Assembly: GCA_013153315.1 (NCBI GenBank) | Contig: JAADES010000024.1 | Span: 1 to 60,631, forward strand | Length of the DNA: 60,631 bases | Source: Aquificota bacterium | GTDB lineage: Bacteria; Aquificota; Aquificia; Aquificales; QOAS01 | Reading direction: 5' to 3' | Shown: positions 57,292-60,631 of the stretch, in pieces | How the letters are laid out: every line of letters starts with the position of its first letter | Position numbering within the stretch: the stretch's first letter is position 1 | The notes under the pieces: model-generated | What the model saw: only the letters and a program-made list of their open reading frames with translations | The model's database searches: none | What the model was told of the DNA's origin: nothing | Translations under genes and position numbers: made by a program

Positions 57292-57888
57292 TTAAGTTTC
57301 TTTTTTGGTCTCCGACGGGGATAAAAGTTTCCTTCGGTGGTATTTGCTGTATACCGCCCCCGCCGGATTGTGGGCTAAAACCCTATCCTTCACTATTAAG
57401 GTGGTGGTCGGGGCTTTGGAATGCATATTGAAGAGCATATCGTGGCCTACGCACAAGCCTATTACGATATTCATGTCGGTATTCTTTTCGTTCAAAACGA
57501 AGGCTTGACCCACCGGGTTGCAAGAGGCCTCTAAATTTTGGGGTTGGATTTTTTCTATGTTTAGTTCGGCCTTGTCCACCGCTCCTATTTTGCATGCCGC
57601 CGAGTATACGGTAAAACCGTGATTTTCAAAGATTTTAGCTATTATTTTGGTTTCCTCAAAAAGCCCTATACAGAAGGCTATACCTATTTTTTTAAAACCC
57701 ATTCTTTTGGCAAACTCGAGCAACTCCTCCAAACGGGTTAAAACACCGTAATATTCCCTTTCAATGTCGGAAGATACAGTTAACAGTTTCCTTTCTAAGG
57801 GAGTAAGTTTTTCAAAAATCTCTTTAAGGTCTTTACATTCCTTACCCTCCCTGTAGCAGGAAGGAAAATCGCAATTGTGGCACTTCAC
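57292..57888 (-). CDS. DUF1847 family metal-binding protein
   Basis: The Cys-rich N-terminus (CHNCDFPSC..C) and ASCNP/GLCVGHD segments are typical of DUF1847. The start is placed at the GTG at 57888, preceded by a G-rich SD. The longest ORF (TTG at 57972) would overlap the divergent GNAT gene. Confidence 0.6.
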   Translation of the reverse strand: MKCHNCDFPSCYREGKECKDLKEIFEKLTPLERKLLTVSSDIEREYYGVLTRLEELLEFAKRMGFKKIGIAFCIGLFEETKIIAKIFENHGFTVYSAACKIGAVDKAELNIEKIQPQNLEASCNPVGQAFVLNEKNTDMNIVIGLCVGHDMLFNMHSKAPTTTLIVKDRVLAHNPAGAVYSKYHRRKLLSPSETKKET

Positions 57889-57947
57889 TCCATCCCCCCC
57901 CTTTAGGAAAGGATTATCCCTAGGGACAAACCTACATTTTTCCTTTG

Positions 57948-58463
57948 ATGGAGACAAAAACCCGACAACCAAAATTGGAGGTCGAACAATTGCCTCCCCG
58001 CGAGGGGGAAAACATAATTATTGAACGTTGGGAATATATGAAAGACTTTAAAAGCTTTTTCCCTATGTTGAAGGAGATGCTGGCCGCTATCTACGGGAGT
58101 GCCCAACGGGGTTTGAAAATTTATTCCGAGCGTTACGATGCAATTAATTACTATAAGCATTATCGGGCTACGCCAAATTCTTATTTGTTAATAGCCAAAA
58201 ATAAACGGGGCGAACCTATTGGTTTCCTTTACGCTAGGAGGAAAAAGAACCATACCTATCTCTACGATATTTACGTTAAACCGGCCTACCGCCGCCAAGG
58301 GGTTGCAAGAAAACTTATTCAAACTTTGGAGAAGTGGGCGGGAGGGCCTATTCGAGCCGACACCCACGACGGTGCCCTTGAAGCTTTCAAAAAAATGGGC
58401 TTTAAAGTTTTAAAGGAATATTTGGAAGACGGTATAAAGTGGTATTTGATAGAAAAGGAATAA
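57948..58463 (+). CDS. GNAT family N-acetyltransferase
   Basis: About 171 aa with acetyl-CoA motif A (YVKPAYRRQGVARKLI). Confidence 0.75.
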   Translation: METKTRQPKLEVEQLPPREGENIIIERWEYMKDFKSFFPMLKEMLAAIYGSAQRGLKIYSERYDAINYYKHYRATPNSYLLIAKNKRGEPIGFLYARRKKNHTYLYDIYVKPAYRRQGVARKLIQTLEKWAGGPIRADTHDGALEAFKKMGFKVLKEYLEDGIKWYLIEKE

Positions 58464-59264
58464 TTAAAAATCGACCAACCTTTGGGCCTCAAATACCGGC
58501 CCCTCCTTACAAACCCTTTCAAAACCTTTTTGGGTTTTTACCACGCAACCCAAACATACGCCCCAACCGCAGGCCATTCTCCTATCCAAAGATAGATAGG
58601 TTTCTACCTTCCTTTGGTAGGAATAATTTTTCAAAAACCTCAACAAGGGTTTGGGCCCACAGGCGTAAATAACCCACCTTTGGGGGTCGTCGATATATTT
58701 ATCCAAATCCTGAACGGGGAAACCTTTTATTCCAAAACTACCGTCGTCGGTGTAATAGTAAACTTTAGCCCCCTTTTGGCGGGCTTTTTCATACCATTGA
58801 AACATCGAAAGGTATTCTTTATTTCGAGCCCCGTAAAGGACAACCGTAGGAATATTTTTCTCAAGAAGTTTTTTAACCAGCAGAGAAACCCCCGAGGCAC
58901 CTATTCCGCCCGCCACAACCAACGCCTTTTTGTCTTCCCTTATAGGGAAAATACCTTCCCCCAAGGGGCCTAAGATTTTTATAAATTCTCCCTCTTTCAG
59001 ATGGGTAAGCAAACGGGTTCCCCGCCCTACAACATCGTAGTAAACCGAAATCCAGCCTTCGTTTTCGCAGCTATCGGCGACGGCAAAGGGACGCCTGTTT
59101 AAAGGGTCGTATTTTTTTACGTCCGAAGTGTGAACCGATAGCATAACAAACTGACCGGGTTGGGCTTTTTGGGCTATATAGGGGGCTTGTAAAACTATTT
59201 CCCAAGTTATTCCCGAAACAAATCGATTTTTTAAAACCTTTACCGCACCTTCGAATAATTCCAT
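58464..59264 (-). CDS. PyrK-like FAD/[2Fe-2S] electron-transfer subunit (dihydroorotate dehydrogenase B / NfnA-type)
   Basis: The 266-aa ORF has a ferredoxin-reductase-like fold (RRPFAV, GGIGASG) and the C-terminal cluster motif CGWGVCLGCV..C. No catalytic partner is adjacent. Confidence 0.7.
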   Translation of the reverse strand: MELFEGAVKVLKNRFVSGITWEIVLQAPYIAQKAQPGQFVMLSVHTSDVKKYDPLNRRPFAVADSCENEGWISVYYDVVGRGTRLLTHLKEGEFIKILGPLGEGIFPIREDKKALVVAGGIGASGVSLLVKKLLEKNIPTVVLYGARNKEYLSMFQWYEKARQKGAKVYYYTDDGSFGIKGFPVQDLDKYIDDPQRWVIYACGPKPLLRFLKNYSYQRKVETYLSLDRRMACGWGVCLGCVVKTQKGFERVCKEGPVFEAQRLVDF

Positions 59265-59286
59265 TGGGGTTTGATTTTAAGGTTTG

Positions 59287-59784
59287 TTAAAAAGTTTGTT
59301 TAAACAGCTCCTTACAACGTTTTTTTATTCTTTTTAAGGTTTTATCCATTAGCTTAGTGTGCCCTCCCTGCCAGTAGATTTGACCACATTGGGGGCAGAG
59401 GGTGAAATTTTTACCGCACTTGTAGGAGGGATAGGGGATTTTTCCGAAAACCTCCTCTTTGGGGACAGGTTTTAAAGGACTCAAACAGTGGGGGCAATAG
59501 TTAAGTTTTAACTCTGGTTGGATATTGAAATGTCTTAAAACCATACAAAGTTGGGTTATCCAATCTTCGGTGTTGGGAAGCAGAAAATAGTCCACCTTAA
59601 GGTTTTTGAAAGTATTTTCCCACCTTCGGGAGGTGGTTAAAACGGTGCACCTCTTGGCGGCACAAAAGGCTATATCTTCCTTGGTGAGTTCTTTAACCAC
59701 TCGGGTTGGATATCCAAAAAGGGTTAACCAGCGGGCTATCTTTTGAAGGTGCCATTGGGTCAAAAACCTTGGCGAGGTTTCCAT
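59287..59784 (-). CDS. Mut7-C/DUF82 PIN-like RNase domain protein with C-terminal zinc ribbon
   Basis: The 165-aa ORF has the LQKIARWLTLFGY pattern and the CPHC...CPQCGQIYWQGGH zinc ribbon typical of DUF82. Confidence 0.65.
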   Translation of the reverse strand: METSPRFLTQWHLQKIARWLTLFGYPTRVVKELTKEDIAFCAAKRCTVLTTSRRWENTFKNLKVDYFLLPNTEDWITQLCMVLRHFNIQPELKLNYCPHCLSPLKPVPKEEVFGKIPYPSYKCGKNFTLCPQCGQIYWQGGHTKLMDKTLKRIKKRCKELFKQTF

Positions 59785-59802
59785 TCTTAAATTCTAAATA
59801 TC

Positions 59803-60351
59803 ATGGAAAAGAAAAATAACCAACCCGAGGAAAAGAATAAACAATCGGAACCTTCAACGGAAGAATTAAAAAACTATATTGCCCAACTGGAGGAAAAGGT
59901 TAAAAAACTTGAAAACCTTGCCAAGGTTAGCAACGAAAACTATCTCCAACTCCAAAAGGAGGTGGAACTTTTAAGAACCCGCCACCGCGAAGAAATACTA
60001 AACCAAAGGAAGTATGGAATAGAGAAACTGGCTAAGGAACTTCTTGAGGTGGTCGATAACTTCGAAAGGGCTCTAAAACATATGTCCCAAATGGAGGGTT
60101 GTAAAGAGGCCTACATAGGGGTGGAAATGATTTATAAGCAACTATTGAAGGTTTTGGAAAACCACGGTGTAAAACCCATAGAGGTTGATAAATTCGACCA
60201 TAACCTTTGTGAGGCGGTGGCCACAGTTCCCACCGACCAAGTGGAGGAAAATACAATCCTCGAGGTGGTTCAAAAGGGATATATGCTCCACGATAAGGTT
60301 TTGCGTCCAGCCAAGGTTGTGGTGGCGGTAGGCAAAGAAGAGATTACTTAG
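59803..60351 (+). CDS. grpE: nucleotide exchange factor GrpE
   Basis: The 182-aa ORF has an N-terminal coiled coil, the DNFERAL motif and a C-terminal beta domain (GYMLHDKVLRPAKV). Confidence 0.9.
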   Translation: MEKKNNQPEEKNKQSEPSTEELKNYIAQLEEKVKKLENLAKVSNENYLQLQKEVELLRTRHREEILNQRKYGIEKLAKELLEVVDNFERALKHMSQMEGCKEAYIGVEMIYKQLLKVLENHGVKPIEVDKFDHNLCEAVATVPTDQVEENTILEVVQKGYMLHDKVLRPAKVVVAVGKEEIT

Positions 60352-60375
60352 TTTCCCCCTTTTTTAATTAAATTT

Positions 60376-60399
60376 TTTGGTCTTGCCTTTGGTCTTGCC
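60376..60399. repeat. perfect 12-nt tandem duplication (TTTGGTCTTGCC x2)
   Basis: Read directly in the convergent spacer after grpE. Confidence 0.8.
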
Positions 60400-60404
60400 A
60401 ATAC

Positions 60405-60631
60405 TTAACAATACTTAATGTTATTTTCTTGAGCGTAAGCTTCCAAGAGGTTTAGAAAGCGTGCAATTTGTTCTTTAGGCCAGGGAAGCTCTAGGGTTTC
60501 TTCAAATTTTTGAGTTAGATTTTTAATATCTTCTTCTAATTCTTCCACAGAGGAGTATTTATCTTTAATAAACTTTTCCAAAAGGGGGTGTCTTTTTAAA
60601 AAATTTTCAAAAAAGTCCCTTTTTTGCTCTT
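60405..60631 (-). CDS. 3' end of an unidentified gene (partial; continues beyond the window)
   Basis: The minus-strand frame is open from the window edge to a TAA at 60405-60407 (...ELPWPKEQIARFLNLLEAYAQENNIKYC*). The composition is coding-like. It is not in the ORF track because no start lies inside the window. Confidence 0.4.
   Translation of the reverse strand, partial: EQKRDFFENFLKRHPLLEKFIKDKYSSVEELEEDIKNLTQKFEETLELPWPKEQIARFLNLLEAYAQENNIKYC

Noticed and set aside
60376-60399. 12-nt perfect tandem duplication after grpE as a regulatory site
   Set aside because: There are only two copies in a convergent 3' spacer, with no associated hairpin or motif. It is recorded as a repeat feature only.

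Overview
A 60.6-kb chromosomal window, densely packed with about 60 genes on both strands. GC is moderately low and the proteins are Lys/Glu/Arg-rich. The gene content includes two-subunit 2-oxoacid:ferredoxin oxidoreductase KorAB, an LDH-like malate dehydrogenase, the MEP-pathway genes ispH and ispG, several radical-SAM enzymes and RNase HIII. This fits a thermophilic, probably chemolithoautotrophic bacterium of Aquificota/Thermodesulfobacteriota type; that assignment is inference from content, not a database result. Most of the window is housekeeping: tadA, two tRNAs, surE, rlmN, mdh, dnaG, priA, gyrB, lspA, yebC, tyrA, hemW, uvrC, secF, rnc, prfB, rnhC, a class B PBP, tldD, nadA, pilD and grpE. 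No rRNA, CRISPR array, transposase or integrase was seen. Six things stand out. (1) An orphan 757-aa protein at 20098-22371 is Cys/His-free and Gln/Ala/Asp-rich, and is built from two tandem 331-aa repeats. It is compositionally unlike every neighbour, lies next to a divergent helical 163-aa gene, and overlaps a convergent CMP-sugar-type cytidylyltransferase; this is my best candidate for something undescribed. (2) A 33-nt inverted repeat (1 mismatch) brackets gyrB exactly. (3) The priA/gyrB convergent spacer carries a dense TTAACGCT cluster and two hairpins. (4) The PriA homologue has no Walker A or Walker B motif. (5) At 48.8-49.95 kb, an EAL-domain gene remnant abuts two translationally coupled small orphan ORFs in AT-rich DNA. 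(6) Several membrane modules lack partners: a Ni/Co ECF operon without its ATPase, a lone ExbD, and a lone RND/MFP adaptor followed by a NYN-like orphan and a Spy/CpxP-like protein. All functional calls come from motif recognition by eye on the supplied translations; no searches were run.
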